From assembly GCA_039189765.1 (NCBI GenBank), contig JBCCYL010000016.1, positions 32,860-96,859 of the forward strand: a stretch of 64,000 nucleotides of DNA. The letters run 5' to 3'. The stretch is from Cyanobacteria bacterium P01_F01_bin.150. GTDB taxonomy: Bacteria > Cyanobacteriota > Cyanobacteriia > CAKZMO01. How positions within the stretch are numbered: position 1 is the first letter of the stretch; each line of letters starts with the position of its first letter. The translations under genes were made by a program, and so were the position numbers. Below, in pieces: positions 50,184 to 61,739 of the stretch. The notes below the pieces were generated by a model that saw only the letters and a program-made list of their open reading frames with translations, ran no database searches and was not told the origin of the DNA.

Positions 50184-50966
50184 TCATAGTTGACTGGGGT
50201 CAATACCCACTGCTTTTAGCTTTGCAGCAAGGCGATCGCGTTCTTCCTGAATCTGGTCGCGTTCTTCCTGAATCTGGTCGCGTTCTTCCTGAATCTGGTC
50301 GCGTTCTTCCTGAATCTGGTCGCGTTCTTCCTGAATCTGGTCGCGTTCTTCTTGAATTTGGTCGCGTTCTTCTTGAATTTGATCGCGCTCGTTAATAAAG
50401 TCGCCTGGATCTTTGAAGATCTCACCATTGGGATGGAAAACAGCCAGACCATCATCAAACAGCTCAAATCGAATATCCAGGAGAGGGGAAACCCAAGGAA
50501 GCTTGAGAGGAAAAATAGGCATCATTTCTTGATCTGCATTACTTCGAACTAACCCCCAAAATTCATAGGAAATAGGATCGTATACGTAGAATTCTAGAAC
50601 TCCATATTGGTCGTAGAATGCTTGCTTTGCAGTCATTTCTTTAGGCGTGTTGCTGGGAGAGAGAATTTCGAACACGACTTGAGGAGCAACGCCATCTTCC
50701 TCCCATTGTTTGTAGCTACCGCGATAACCATCAGGGCGTCCCAGGGCAACCAACACATCTGGAGCTTGAGCCGGAGCGGGTGGTGTAAGAACTTTGATGG
50801 GATACCACAGTAAATCTCCAGCGACAAATGCCGTTTGGCCTTGCAAGAGATGCTTAAGATTAGAGGCTATACGAACAATCCACTGATATTGCAGAGTGTT
50901 ATCGGACATGGGCTTGCCATCACAATCAGGATACAGAATGTCTTCATAGGTGAGCGATTGAACCAT
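50184..50966 (-). CDS. Uma2 family (DUF820) endonuclease-fold protein with heptad-repeat tail
   Basis: YPDCDGKPMSDNT, APDV, PQVVFEILSPSNT, YGVLEFYVYDP; (ERDQIQE)x7. Confidence 0.92.
   Translation of the reverse strand: MVQSLTYEDILYPDCDGKPMSDNTLQYQWIVRIASNLKHLLQGQTAFVAGDLLWYPIKVLTPPAPAQAPDVLVALGRPDGYRGSYKQWEEDGVAPQVVFEILSPSNTPKEMTAKQAFYDQYGVLEFYVYDPISYEFWGLVRSNADQEMMPIFPLKLPWVSPLLDIRFELFDDGLAVFHPNGEIFKDPGDFINERDQIQEERDQIQEERDQIQEERDQIQEERDQIQEERDQIQEERDQIQEERDRLAAKLKAVGIDPSQL
50236..50391 (-). repeat. 21-bp tandem repeat x7 encoding ERDQIQE
   Basis: tcgcgttcttcctgaatctgg repeated: five identical copies plus two variants. Confidence 0.95.
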
Positions 50967-51329
50967 GATGTGAACCTCAGAGTAATCCTCATGACCTCAA
51001 GTACATTATTACTCAAAATGAGCAAACTGAGAAGCCGCTGACTGCCCCCTAATTTTGGATATATCGGAGTAATGGCATGGGCATCTAGTTTTCGGAGCGA
51101 TACGCACCACCATGATTGAGCAGCATTGATAAGCCAGGATAAGGCAGTCTGTTACCAATCATCTATGAAAAATATGTCTTAAAACTGGTGAACCGTGCGA
51201 GATAACAGGTAATCTTGGAAAGTTGACTAATTTTTTATGCTGGGGACTATCCTAATTTATGGGGGATTTGGGCATCATGGATAATTATTCAACGTTATAA
51301 AAGACTGAGAACGTAGAGCAGGAGTAAAA

Positions 51330-53129
51330 ATGCGTACCCATTACTGTGGTGATCTAAGAGCAACAGATATTGAACAAACGGTGACGTTGTTTGGTTGGGT
51401 CGATCGCCGTCGAGATCATGGTGGCGTTATTTTTATTGACCTGCGCGATCGCACCGGATTAGCTCAAATCGTCAGCGATCCGGAACGGACCCCAGACTCC
51501 TATAAAATGGCCGAGGATCTCCGTAATGAGTACGTAGTGAAAGTCGTGGGTCGGGTATCTAAGCGCCCAGAAGAGTCGTTAAACCCCAAGCTACCCACTG
51601 GAGAAGTCGAAATTTACGCGGAAAGCATTGAGCTATTGAACAGCGTGCGTAAGCAGCTACCATTCCAGGTGTCCATGGCGGATAACGAAAATGTAAGAGA
51701 AGAATTACGCCTGAGATATCGCTATTTAGACCTGCGCCGGGAGCGGATGAACCAAAATATTCGTCTGCGCCATAGCGTTATTAAAGCAATTCGGCGCTTT
51801 TTGGAAGACCAAGAGGGCTTTATTGAAGTGGAAACTCCGATGTTGACCCGATCGACTCCAGAGGGGGCGCGGGACTTTGTTCTGCCCAGCCGTGTTAACC
51901 CTGGTCAGTGGTTTGCTATGCCCCAATCCCCCCAGCTATTTAAGCAGTTGTTGATGGTATCGGGCATGGATCGCTACTATCAGATTGCCCGCTGCTTCCG
52001 GGATGAGGATTTACGAGCTGACCGACAGCCAGAATTTACCCAGTTGGACATGGAGATGAGCTTTATGTCCCAAGAAGAAATTATCCAGCTTAATGAAGAG
52101 CTAGTTTGCCATATTTTCAAAGATATTAAAGGAACAGACTTGCCCCGCCCCTTTCCTCGCATGACCTATGCTGAGGCAATGGACCGATATGGGAGCGATC
52201 GCCCCGACACCCGCTACGATCTGGAGCTGGTGGATGTGTCCGACGTGATCAAAGACTGCAAGTTCAAAGTTTTTTCTGGAGCCGTAAAGTCTGGCGGCAT
52301 TGTCAAAATTCTGCCCATTCCCAACGGTAACGACCATATTTCTAACGTGCGGATTAAGCCCGGTGGCGACTTGTTTAGCGAAGCCGCCGATGCTGGTGCC
52401 AAGGGGCTTGCCTATATTAGGGTTCGAGAAGATATGGCCATCGACACCATCGGAGCCATCAAGGACAACTTGAGCGATGAGCAAAAGCAGGAAATCCTAG
52501 AGCGCACTGGGGCAAAGCCAGGGCATCTTCTATTGTTTGCTGCTGATACCACTGAAACCGTTAATAAGACCCTAGACCGTTTACGCCAGACCGTAGCCAA
52601 GGAACTTGGGTTAATTGATCAGGATGCAGTGAACTTGCTCTGGGTCACTGAATTTCCTATGTTTGAGTGGAATGCTGATGAAAATCGCTATGAAGCTCTG
52701 CATCACCCCTTTACAGCGCCGTTTCCAGAAGATCAAGACAATCTCAAAACCGCCCGCGCCCAAGCCTATGACATTGTCTACAATGGCTTTGAGATTGGCG
52801 GAGGCAGTCTGCGGATTTATCAGCCAGAATTACAGGCTCAAGTATTTGAAACCATTGGACTTTCAGATGAGGAAGCCCAGGATAAGTTTGGGTTCTTGCT
52901 AGAAGCATTTGAGTACGGTACTCCTCCCCATGGTGGCATTGCCTATGGGTTGGATCGTTTAGTCATGCTACTGGCAGGAGAGGAGTCGATTCGGGATGCG
53001 ATCGCCTTTCCGAAAACCCAGCAGGCTCGCTGCCTATTAACTCAAGCGCCATCTCCTGTAGACAAAAAACAGCTTACGGATCTGCATGTGGCGTCTACTT
53101 TCAAACCAAAGAAAAAGGATGATGAGTAG
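51330..53129 (+). CDS. aspS: Aspartate--tRNA ligase
   Basis: [60 protein letters not shown]. Confidence 0.98.
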   Translation: MRTHYCGDLRATDIEQTVTLFGWVDRRRDHGGVIFIDLRDRTGLAQIVSDPERTPDSYKMAEDLRNEYVVKVVGRVSKRPEESLNPKLPTGEVEIYAESIELLNSVRKQLPFQVSMADNENVREELRLRYRYLDLRRERMNQNIRLRHSVIKAIRRFLEDQEGFIEVETPMLTRSTPEGARDFVLPSRVNPGQWFAMPQSPQLFKQLLMVSGMDRYYQIARCFRDEDLRADRQPEFTQLDMEMSFMSQEEIIQLNEELVCHIFKDIKGTDLPRPFPRMTYAEAMDRYGSDRPDTRYDLELVDVSDVIKDCKFKVFSGAVKSGGIVKILPIPNGNDHISNVRIKPGGDLFSEAADAGAKGLAYIRVREDMAIDTIGAIKDNLSDEQKQEILERTGAKPGHLLLFAADTTETVNKTLDRLRQTVAKELGLIDQDAVNLLWVTEFPMFEWNADENRYEALHHPFTAPFPEDQDNLKTARAQAYDIVYNGFEIGGGSLRIYQPELQAQVFETIGLSDEEAQDKFGFLLEAFEYGTPPHGGIAYGLDRLVMLLAGEESIRDAIAFPKTQQARCLLTQAPSPVDKKQLTDLHVASTFKPKKKDDE

Positions 53130-53134
53130 CGCGG

Positions 53135-53228
53135 TGAGTCGGTGGACATAATTAATTTAATGAAAATGGGGCGGTGCGCCCCGGAGGGGTGCACACCCCG
53201 ATAAAAATGATTTTGTCTGGGTGCTTAT
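53135..53228. mobile_element. MITE-like element, family C (copy 2)
   Basis: GGTGGACATAATTAATTTAATGAAAAT...CACACCCCGATAAAAAT.ATTTTGTCTGGGTGCTTAT shared with 26593-26692. Confidence 0.7.
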
Positions 53229-53650
53229 TAGATACAAAGGAGCGGGACAATTTGGGTCCCGCTTGGCCAAACTCTTAAGATCTAAAAATAAATTACTAGA
53301 GGGTATGAACCAATGTTTTAGGACTAGTGCAATAGCGACAGTGGCAGACATATGCACGACGTTACTTGGCGTCTCTAGCAGTTTCAATGCATTATTGCCG
53401 CGCAAAAAAAACTAAGCGATGGCAATAGGATACTCAAGCAAATTGTCAAGTCAAATGATAAATTACTGGTGCAAATTGCTCCAGGTAGTGTGCGATACCA
53501 CCACTTCTTCCAATGCGCTTGCCTCATGGAGCATACACGTACTGCCAGAACTTAGAGAATTGGACGCGATTAAATATCAGCAAAATCTGCATAAAGCACA
53601 TTGAACTTTAATGCATTTTTTGACCTTGTTTAGCTAAGCTATCGCATTGT

Positions 53651-53678
53651 GATGGGTTACGCTGTCGTTAACCCACCT
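53651..53678. repeat. Degenerate GTAG-type REP hairpin
   Basis: GATGGGTTACGCTGTCGTTAACCCACCT, same family as 22752 and 50041. Confidence 0.65.
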
Positions 53679-53709
53679 GGCAATTAGGACATCTCTTTTA
53701 GAAGCAACC

Positions 53710-54474
53710 CTAGACCTCTGCACCTTCGCTTTCCGAAGCATCGCTTGTTGAACTACTGGCCGCAGCTTCAACTTCAGCGTTGTTGGATTCATCGCCAGCC
53801 TGAGCACGATCTTCACGCTTCTTGCGGTCGGCCTTCAACATATCCTCAAGCACCGCTTGAGCCTGCTGTAATTTCTCCAAGTTGCTGCGATAAATATCAA
53901 GATCTTTATCTACCTTTTCTTTGGATAATTTCAGCAATTCACATAGCTTCTGAACTGATGTTTCTAGCTGGGCCTCGTCCTTAACCATGGCCTCGTCAAC
54001 CTTCTCCAAAACCGTCAGCCAACCAATGGCAAAAAGACGGCTGTACTTGAAGCTGGATGCATGGGCGATCGCACCCAATTGAGACAAAACATCCACGCCT
54101 CCCGAGCCATTGGATGTGCCTGCTTGTTCAATAATTTGCCCGATATCGTCCTTAGACAATTGCGAAGCTGCCTGGAGAAGGGCCTCCGCATCACGACGAT
54201 ATTGAGCTGAGTCGGCTCCTTCCGTTGCCTTACACAACGCTGAAAAGATGGAGGACAGGTCTTCGTTGGGACGATAACCTTTCATAAATCGGTCGAAGGT
54301 GGTCACTACGCCTAAGGCATAGATGGAATCATACTGAAAATCAGCATTCACCGAGAGCAGATGCATCTCGACCATCAACTCTTCGACAACCCGTCTGTAA
54401 ATAGAACTGATGGGACGGGTGTGGGTCGTATAAAACGCCCGTTTGGTATCTGAAACAGTGCGGATGTTGCTCAC
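53710..54474 (-). CDS. thf1: Photosystem II biogenesis protein Thf1/Psb29
   Basis: RTVSDTKRAFY..HTRPI.SIYRRVVEELMVEMHLL, FKYSRLFAIG, KDLDIYRSNLEK. Confidence 0.95.
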   Translation of the reverse strand: MSNIRTVSDTKRAFYTTHTRPISSIYRRVVEELMVEMHLLSVNADFQYDSIYALGVVTTFDRFMKGYRPNEDLSSIFSALCKATEGADSAQYRRDAEALLQAASQLSKDDIGQIIEQAGTSNGSGGVDVLSQLGAIAHASSFKYSRLFAIGWLTVLEKVDEAMVKDEAQLETSVQKLCELLKLSKEKVDKDLDIYRSNLEKLQQAQAVLEDMLKADRKKREDRAQAGDESNNAEVEAAASSSTSDASESEGAEV

Positions 54475-54563
54475 CAGTAACTTTATTAATTGCTAAAATC
54501 TACCCTCATTCTCGCGTCTCTCCGCAAGTTTGCCAAGAAATAGGTTTATGATTCCTTAAACAT

Positions 54564-54974
54564 TTACCCTGCAAGGCTCCCTAACGCCCTATTTAGGGCC
54601 TCTTCCTCAGAATCAAAAATTTCAAATACAGAATCCATCATGGTCACTTCAAAAACCAATTTGGCTTCAGGGTGAACACTGCACAGACGGAAACTTCCGT
54701 TGACCTTATCGGCATCACGCATACCTGCGACAAGAGACGTTAAACCTGAGCTGTCAATAAAATTGACTTGAGATAAATTTACGACAAGATGAGGACCTTT
54801 CCTATCTGGATTCTGGTCATCCTGATTATTTGCATTCTGATTATTTGCATCCTGATTCATACAGTCTTGCAATCTCAATCGAAATTGCCAGGCTGTTGTA
54901 ATATCCAGACGACCATCCGGTCGCAAAATAATGATGGTTCGACCATCCTGAGATGTAAGCGTCTCTTGATCCAT
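54564..54974 (-). CDS. STAS domain anti-sigma-factor antagonist
   Basis: GRLDITTA, VNFIDSSGL (phosphoacceptor Ser), LVFEVT; N/Q/D-rich repeat insertion. Confidence 0.9.
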   Translation of the reverse strand: MDQETLTSQDGRTIIILRPDGRLDITTAWQFRLRLQDCMNQDANNQNANNQDDQNPDRKGPHLVVNLSQVNFIDSSGLTSLVAGMRDADKVNGSFRLCSVHPEAKLVFEVTMMDSVFEIFDSEEEALNRALGSLAG

Positions 54975-55124
54975 GATTAAAATGTCAGTATCAAATGGAT
55001 GAAATGGTGATGTAAGCCGAGGTAGTAAAAAAGTTACCTGTAGCTTAACTCAACCTGACAAATAGTGACAAAAAGCAGCTTGTTAACCTACTTTCTAAAA
55101 CATTGCCAATTCGAGTAAAGCTTA

Positions 55125-55217
55125 TATACTCTGCACGGCTAGGTGCTGGACTTTTTCTGAGGTGTGTCCTCCACTGCGCGGAGGACACACCTCCAAATCT
55201 CAGCCATTGGCAGTATA
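55125..55217. repeat. Short dispersed palindromic element, family A (copy 2)
   Basis: TATACTCTGC.CGGCT...GAGGTGTGTCCTCC-loop-GGAGGACACACCTC...AGCC..GGCAGTATA. Confidence 0.75.
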
Positions 55218-55422
55218 ATCACCCATCAATAGGAGAACATCAACGAGGAAACATATGTTTAGATTGCCCACTTCCAAGATAATTTGCACTACTGCATCCT
55301 TTCATCACATAAAGTCACTAAAACAAGGTAGAAGCGGCATGACAGTAGTCTACAGTGTAGGCGACGCTTGTAAGCAAACACCACGGACATCTAACCCAAC
55401 GCTATATTAACGCGAGATCAGT

Positions 55423-56445
55423 CTATCCCAACCAATTTTGCGGCTTTAAGAACACATCGTACAGTTCAGCCTCAGGAGTACTGGCCTCAGGTGAATAATT
55501 ATATTCCCAACGAACTAATGGAGGTAATGACATAAGAATAGATTCTGTACGTCCGTTAGTTTGAAGGCCAAAAATAGTGCCCCGGTCATAAACAAGGTTA
55601 AACTCAACGTAGCGTCCACGACGATAAAGCTGGAACTGCCGTTCTCGATCGCTGTATTCTGTATCACGTCGAGCTTCAATAATTGGAACGTAGGCCGGTA
55701 GAAAAGAACGACCACAACTTTGAACAAAGGAAAAGATATCGTCCCAACTACGTTCTGGAATATCTCCAACCGCATCACTATGCTGTGCCGCAGGGCCTTC
55801 AGCATGGGGACCACGATACAATTTTCCAACTCGACCATCTTGATAGTCGAAAAAGACACCGCCTACGCCTCGGGTTTCGTTACGGTGCTTTAAATAAAAA
55901 TACTCATCGCACCAACGCTTAAAAGTCGGATAGTACTCAGCATGATGCTTATCGCATGCATTCTTAAGAGTTTGGTGAAACTGGACAACATCTTCTTTGA
56001 ACGGATAGTAAGGGGTCAAGTCAATGCCACCACCAAACCACCACACAGGCCCTGCCTCAAAGTATCGATAATTGAGATGAACGGTAGGAATATAGGGATT
56101 ATTTGGATGCAATACCATTGATGTCCCTGTGGCATAAAAACGATGCCCCGCCGCTTCAGGGCGCTGCACCAGGATAGATGGAGGTAGGTTATCCCCCCAA
56201 ATTTCAGAAAAGTTGACCCCTCCTTGTTCCAGAAGCGCCCCGGATTTAATCACTCGGGAACGCCCACCACCACCTTCGTCTCGCTCCCAACTCTCCTCAA
56301 GAAAAGTGGATTTACCATCCAGCTCGGTCAGCTTTTGGCAAATCTCATCCTGGAGGGTTTTCATAAAGGTACTGACCCGCTTTTGAGAATCAGCAGGCGG
56401 AATATTGCCAGAAACAATAACTTCAGAAGTAGTGGAATTTGTCAT
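55423..56445 (-). CDS. hemF: Oxygen-dependent coproporphyrinogen III oxidase
   Basis: [57 protein letters not shown]. Confidence 0.97.
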   Translation of the reverse strand: MTNSTTSEVIVSGNIPPADSQKRVSTFMKTLQDEICQKLTELDGKSTFLEESWERDEGGGGRSRVIKSGALLEQGGVNFSEIWGDNLPPSILVQRPEAAGHRFYATGTSMVLHPNNPYIPTVHLNYRYFEAGPVWWFGGGIDLTPYYPFKEDVVQFHQTLKNACDKHHAEYYPTFKRWCDEYFYLKHRNETRGVGGVFFDYQDGRVGKLYRGPHAEGPAAQHSDAVGDIPERSWDDIFSFVQSCGRSFLPAYVPIIEARRDTEYSDRERQFQLYRRGRYVEFNLVYDRGTIFGLQTNGRTESILMSLPPLVRWEYNYSPEASTPEAELYDVFLKPQNWLG

Positions 56446-56733
56446 AGTCTAAAAGGAGATGCCCGCTTTAACAGTGCATCCGGAGGAGCAAACTTATTAT
56501 TTCAACGGTATCTAGCCTAGCTTGAATCGTTACCAAATAAGTGGTTTGGGCGGATGACTGTAACAAAGGCTTAATGGTGTCAGTATCTATGGCCACTGAG
56601 AGTTAGATTAAATGGTCTGTCAAAGCAACCGCCACATAGGCTGATCTAAAAATTTCATCAGTGTCTAAAATAGTTGGGTATGTTCTGGTATGTCCGTCTT
56701 TTTGGTCACAATGTTCATTTGGTTAATAAGTCT

Positions 56734-58230
56734 ATGATTGACCCTCGTTATAACCGAACCTTTGCCGATAAACTTCATGAATGGACAGGGCAGCCAGTAT
56801 TTTGGGCAGCGATCGCTTCCTTAGGGCTACATGGGCTTCTATTTGCAGCCTTGCCTTCTTTTTCATCCGACTCTGCGACTTCAACTGATCGAACCGTATC
56901 GTTGGTTGAGCTGGGCACAGAAGAACTACAGCGTTTACCAGATTTTCCTGAATTAGACACTCCATCATTACCCACTGTAGAAGATCTCTATGATATAGAT
57001 TCAGATCCGCTGGAAGATCTCCTCAATGATTTTGATACAAACGAGCAGGATACTAAGGGTTCCACTTCACCGCTATTTGGTGGCTCTCAGACATCTAATT
57101 CCCCCCCTCTAATCCCCCTTTGGCCCCTCTCTGGTTCACTCTCTGGTTCACTCTCTGGTTCACGTCAGCCTATCAACCGGTCAAATGCTCAAACACCAGC
57201 TTCAGAGCAAAGACCTTCTGCCTCTGATCCACCAAAGCCACCACCACCAGACCCCCAAGAGCTAAAACCCCAGGACCCAGAGGATATTGCAGATGATGCT
57301 CCATCCAATAATCATTCTCCTAATGATGGACAAGAGAATCTCGGTGACGTTAATAACGAAGCTGAGACTACGACGGACGATAAAGATGCTGAAGAACCAA
57401 AGCCCACTCCTGAAGAAATAGATAAGGCGATAAACGAACGATTGTTAGCAGCGATGCAGCATCGCCAAAATGAGATTGTTCAACAGCGCCAAGACATGAC
57501 AGCATACCTTAGCAGTTTTGAACAAATTCATGATTTATTTGATAAATGGAGGAAGGGAGAAGCCGTAGGCCCAATCTCTATTGAGGACACAGCGATCTTT
57601 CCTAAAGAAGCTTGTGTCGCAGGTCAAGATGAGAAAGTCTTGTTGGGCGTTTTAGTGGGTCGCAATAACCGGCCTGTTGACAAACAAGGGGCACCTAACC
57701 CTATCTACATAGATCTCGCCGCATCTAGATTTTTACCCAGCGGAGAAAGGGAGGGAGAAGTTTTTGATCCCGAAGCTTACAGGATTTTAGATGAGGCTGC
57801 TTTTCAATTTGTTAAAGACTACGTCTACGATACACAAGAAGAGGCAAATAAAAAGCGACGATACTTCTTTACGGTGAACTTCCCATACGATCCAGACGCT
57901 TGTGCTGCATATTTTGCAGAACAAGCCGAGGCGGAAGCTGAAAATCTATCAAATACTCAAACTCCTCCTAATCCTGGTGAACAATCCAACACACCTGTAA
58001 ACCAAACCCAAGAACCGCCAAATAATTTGTCCCAGCCCTCTGATAATGAAGCACCTCCAGAGTCTGGACAAGTGTCTCCTACAGATGCTGAGGCCCCTGT
58101 TACAGATGCTACGCCTTCTACGTCCGATGACAACATATCATCCGATCAACAAGAACTGCCTGACGAGAGTGAAGCAGCCGATGATGCGGACACACCACAG
58201 GCATCTGATTCATCGGCTCCTCCAGAATAG
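56734..58230 (+). CDS. Membrane-anchored Pro/acidic-rich protein (TonB-like architecture)
   Basis: AIASLGLHGLLF anchor (SxxxH), long Pro-rich linker, FPKEAC...ILDEAA C-domain. Confidence 0.6.
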   Translation: MIDPRYNRTFADKLHEWTGQPVFWAAIASLGLHGLLFAALPSFSSDSATSTDRTVSLVELGTEELQRLPDFPELDTPSLPTVEDLYDIDSDPLEDLLNDFDTNEQDTKGSTSPLFGGSQTSNSPPLIPLWPLSGSLSGSLSGSRQPINRSNAQTPASEQRPSASDPPKPPPPDPQELKPQDPEDIADDAPSNNHSPNDGQENLGDVNNEAETTTDDKDAEEPKPTPEEIDKAINERLLAAMQHRQNEIVQQRQDMTAYLSSFEQIHDLFDKWRKGEAVGPISIEDTAIFPKEACVAGQDEKVLLGVLVGRNNRPVDKQGAPNPIYIDLAASRFLPSGEREGEVFDPEAYRILDEAAFQFVKDYVYDTQEEANKKRRYFFTVNFPYDPDACAAYFAEQAEAEAENLSNTQTPPNPGEQSNTPVNQTQEPPNNLSQPSDNEAPPESGQVSPTDAEAPVTDATPSTSDDNISSDQQELPDESEAADDADTPQASDSSAPPE

Positions 58231-58280
58231 ATAGCGCCTGATTCAGATGATGGCTAATCACTGCAATAAAAGCAATGGCA

Positions 58281-60620
58281 TTATTGGGGGATGGTAACAA
58301 TAAATTCTGTCCCTTCTCCTACCTTACTTTTACATTCAAGGCTGCCCCCATGTTTTTCGGTGATAATTTGATAACTGATAGATAAACCCATTCCGGTGCC
58401 TTTACCCACTGGTTTAGTTGTGAAGAAGGCGTCAAAAAGGCGCGATCGCACCTCTTCTGTCATGCCAGAAGCATTATCAATAATGTGGATCATTAAGGAC
58501 TCTGCTGCCATATGTGTCTGGATTCGAATCATGGGTTCAAACGTCACAGTCCCCTCATCTCGAAGCTGCTGTACAGTTTTTTCATCCAATGCATCAATAG
58601 CATTACTCAGCAGATTCATAAACACTTGATTGAGCTGACCGCCATAGCAGTTAACTGATGGGATGTCACCGAAGTCTCTCTGAATAGCGATTTCAGGCCG
58701 ATCCGATCGTGCTTTGAGGCGATTTTGTAAAATCATTATCGTGCTGTCTAACCCTTCATGAATATTCATCGGGGCCTTTTTTGCCCCATCCATCCGAGAA
58801 AAGTTACGCAGGGATTTAACAATTTGCTTAATGCGATCGGCCCCCACCTTCATGGAGGCAAGAGTCTTGGGTAAATCTTCTGTAACAAAATCGATGTCTA
58901 ACTCATCCAAAAACGAATCAATCGTTTCTACTGGATGGGGATAGTGGGTACGATACAGCGAAATCAATTCCAGCACGTCCTGAACATAGCCATCTGCATG
59001 CCGAACGTTACCATAGATAAAACTTACTGGATTGTTAATTTCGTGGGCCACTCCAGCAACTAATTCTCCCAAGCTAGACATCTTTTCACTCTGAATCATT
59101 TGAGCATGGCTCTGCCTGACATTCCGTAGTGCCTGCTCTAACTCCTGGGCCTGCTGTCTTAGCTGCATTTCAGATTGCTGAAGTGCATATTGGGCACGTT
59201 GGCGGCTAATTTCTGCTCCTACACGAGTAGAAAAAATCTTAAGGACATAATTTTGTAAACTCGTATCATCCATCATTGGCTGCGTATCCAATAGCGCAAT
59301 GTGGCCAATAATACCGCCCGACGGTTCACAAATTGGGATTCCCACGTAGCTTTCAGCTTGAAGGTCTTGCAAAAGTTTCATTTCTGGAAATTCTTGCTGA
59401 ATCCCATGGTCACATCGATAAATCTCCTTTCGCCCAAAGACTAACTCACAAGGAGCATCTGCAATGGTGTAGTCCTTCAGATGACTAAAGCAATCGCCTC
59501 GCCAAAACGCCAGAGATTTAACTTTGTCCCCATCAACAGCGATTACTTCACTGATGATGACATAGCGCATTTGGAGGGCATTGGCGATCGCCTGAGCACA
59601 GGATTGGAAGAAGGTTTGACCCGCTTTGGGGGTGGTACCTTCCACTATACATTCCAGCGCTTCTTCCCGGCGTTTACTGATACTCACATCGATAAACACC
59701 CCATCCCATACCACTCTCTGGTTCACCTGATAGGACGACCTTGCTCCCCCCTGGAGCCATTTCACTTTGCCAGACGGCAATAGTAAACGCCCCTCCCAAT
59801 TCCATGGCTGTAAAGTTTTAGCAGAATGGAGCAAACTGGCGCGCAGGTTTTGACAATCATCAGGATGCACTCGTTCAAACATCAAATGACTATTGGCCTG
59901 TAGCGCTTCTGGAAATACCCCAAACACATCCATACAACCAGAACTGGCATAGGTAAAGGTAAGCGACTGGTTTCTTTCCTCGATAGTCAAATCCAAACAC
60001 ATTTGATAAATCATGCCAGGAATATTATCTGCCAGGTTCTGTAACCGGACCCGGCTATCCTGCAACTCCTGCTCACGCTGATCAATCACATGGGCCAGTT
60101 GTTTATTTAGGGCTTGCAAAATATTTTCTGTTTGCTTACGAACCGAAATGTCTCGCACAATGACACAACAGTAAGCCATGCGGTTGCAGTTGTCTAAAAT
60201 CTGCTCTCCTTTGGCACGATCATCCACAGCAGAGAGACTCAACTGATCAACAGATGGAAGCGCTTCATCAATATAGGTAAATCCCATATTCACTGCCATC
60301 TCTTTGCCATGGTGCGTCAGCAACAGGGTATCCATCTCAAAGCCTTTTTCACGCTTAAGCAAGGACCAAAATGGCGGCCAATCGTTTTCAGAAAAATGAG
60401 GAGCAATACTATACAACGTAAGAGCGGCAAGGCTGGCATTGTCATATCCCAAGCGCTGACACCCTGAACGGTTTAGATAAAAAACACGAGCTTTTTCATC
60501 TAAACAGAAAACAATATCCGTGATGTATTCAAATGCAAACGACGCCATGGGAAATGAGTGACGACAAGATAAAGCTTCATGAAACTGTGTTGGATGTTCG
60601 AAAGACTCTTTCGTCTGCAT
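58281..60620 (-). CDS. PAS-PAS-GAF sensor histidine kinase
   Basis: Two PAS domains, GAF (PCELV...AESYVGIPI...GHIALLD), GVAHEINNP, FFTTKPVGKGTGMGL. Confidence 0.92.
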   Translation of the reverse strand: MQTKESFEHPTQFHEALSCRHSFPMASFAFEYITDIVFCLDEKARVFYLNRSGCQRLGYDNASLAALTLYSIAPHFSENDWPPFWSLLKREKGFEMDTLLLTHHGKEMAVNMGFTYIDEALPSVDQLSLSAVDDRAKGEQILDNCNRMAYCCVIVRDISVRKQTENILQALNKQLAHVIDQREQELQDSRVRLQNLADNIPGMIYQMCLDLTIEERNQSLTFTYASSGCMDVFGVFPEALQANSHLMFERVHPDDCQNLRASLLHSAKTLQPWNWEGRLLLPSGKVKWLQGGARSSYQVNQRVVWDGVFIDVSISKRREEALECIVEGTTPKAGQTFFQSCAQAIANALQMRYVIISEVIAVDGDKVKSLAFWRGDCFSHLKDYTIADAPCELVFGRKEIYRCDHGIQQEFPEMKLLQDLQAESYVGIPICEPSGGIIGHIALLDTQPMMDDTSLQNYVLKIFSTRVGAEISRQRAQYALQQSEMQLRQQAQELEQALRNVRQSHAQMIQSEKMSSLGELVAGVAHEINNPVSFIYGNVRHADGYVQDVLELISLYRTHYPHPVETIDSFLDELDIDFVTEDLPKTLASMKVGADRIKQIVKSLRNFSRMDGAKKAPMNIHEGLDSTIMILQNRLKARSDRPEIAIQRDFGDIPSVNCYGGQLNQVFMNLLSNAIDALDEKTVQQLRDEGTVTFEPMIRIQTHMAAESLMIHIIDNASGMTEEVRSRLFDAFFTTKPVGKGTGMGLSISYQIITEKHGGSLECKSKVGEGTEFIVTIPQ

Positions 60621-60984
60621 TCCTAGGTGTCCTCAGTTTTCAGCCTTTGACGTAGTGGTTGGCTGTGCCGAACACCACTCTAAAAACGAAAGAAACTTAA
60701 AGTGTTCATCAGGATTCAGAGCAAAATCCAAATCCATCTTGCATTGATGTATCTAACTATACTTTGAGTCTCTAACGCGATATGCGTTACGGTTTTGTCA
60801 GTCCCTGAGTCAGTAACAATAGTCTGCCCATTTCTACAAGAGAATTCAACGATCCACATCACAATTCTTTCATTAAGCTTTGCATCAATTTAGTCCAGAG
60901 TTAGGGATACTTTGGGAACACTTCTGATGAATGTTTTTGGGTACCTATGCTTTCTTATCTATTCTCGCTACAAGAGGTGATTCG

Positions 60985-61650
60985 GTGAAAAGCGAAATTC
61001 GCTATAAGCCAGCTTTTGCAACCTTATTCATTACCCTTAAGCCAGGGGAAAAGCTGGTTGCAGAAGCTGGAGCAATGGCTAGCATGGCCGGGCAACTGTC
61101 CATGAAGACTGAATTTTTTGGGGGCTTGTTACCTGGATTAATGAAGTCCTTTTTTGGTGGGGAGTCATTGTTTGTCAATGTTTTTTCAAATGCCTCCCAG
61201 CAGCCCCAGGAACTCGTCCTTACCCAGGCCAGTATTGGTGACATTGTTCGGATTGAGATCAATGGCAATGAAATGTGTTTTCAGCCTGGGGCGTATATTG
61301 CCCATACACCTGGCGTCAAAGTGGAACTCCAGTGGGCTGGATTTGCTAGCTGGTTTGCAGGAGAAGGATTGTTTAAGCTGAAAATGGGCGGCAAAGGCGT
61401 TGTCTTTTGTGGAGCCTATGGTGGACTATCAGAGGTTCGAGTACAGGATGAACTGATTGTTGATAATGGTCATTTAGTCGCCTATGAACCCAAGATTAGG
61501 ATGAATATCAAGCTATCTGGAGGACTCATCGGTTCAGTCACCTCTGGAGAAGGGTTTGTAAACCGTGTCAGTGGGCGCGGCAAAATTTATCTCCAGTCTC
61601 GCAGCGTAGATGGTCTGGTGCGTTTCCTTAGACCAAAGTTACGCGGGTAA
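60985..61650 (+). CDS. TIGR00266/AIM24 family protein (1)
   Basis: AEAGAM, GGESLF, GEGLF, VDNGHLVAYE, GEG.V...G.G..YLQSR; GTG 60985 with GAGG RBS. Confidence 0.9.
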   Translation: MKSEIRYKPAFATLFITLKPGEKLVAEAGAMASMAGQLSMKTEFFGGLLPGLMKSFFGGESLFVNVFSNASQQPQELVLTQASIGDIVRIEINGNEMCFQPGAYIAHTPGVKVELQWAGFASWFAGEGLFKLKMGGKGVVFCGAYGGLSEVRVQDELIVDNGHLVAYEPKIRMNIKLSGGLIGSVTSGEGFVNRVSGRGKIYLQSRSVDGLVRFLRPKLRG

Positions 61651-61739
61651 GTTACGGGGCTAATCTATGCAGTTAATTGATGCAAGTAGATTACAAAGCT
61701 AATCTATGCGCTCACTCAAAACACCAGAAGATATCAACA

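Noticed and set aside
50236..50391. Possible CRISPR array
   Set aside because: Contiguous 21-bp units with no spacers, in frame within the Uma2 CDS; no cas genes in the window
51097..51105. GCGATACGC as an excision scar of the HIP1 element
   Set aside because: Single occurrence; equally explained by chance or a 1-bp insertion
60749..60762. NtcA-like GTA-N8-TAC
   Set aside because: No convincing TAN3T -10 box at the canonical distance on either strand; a 6-bp match is expected by chance
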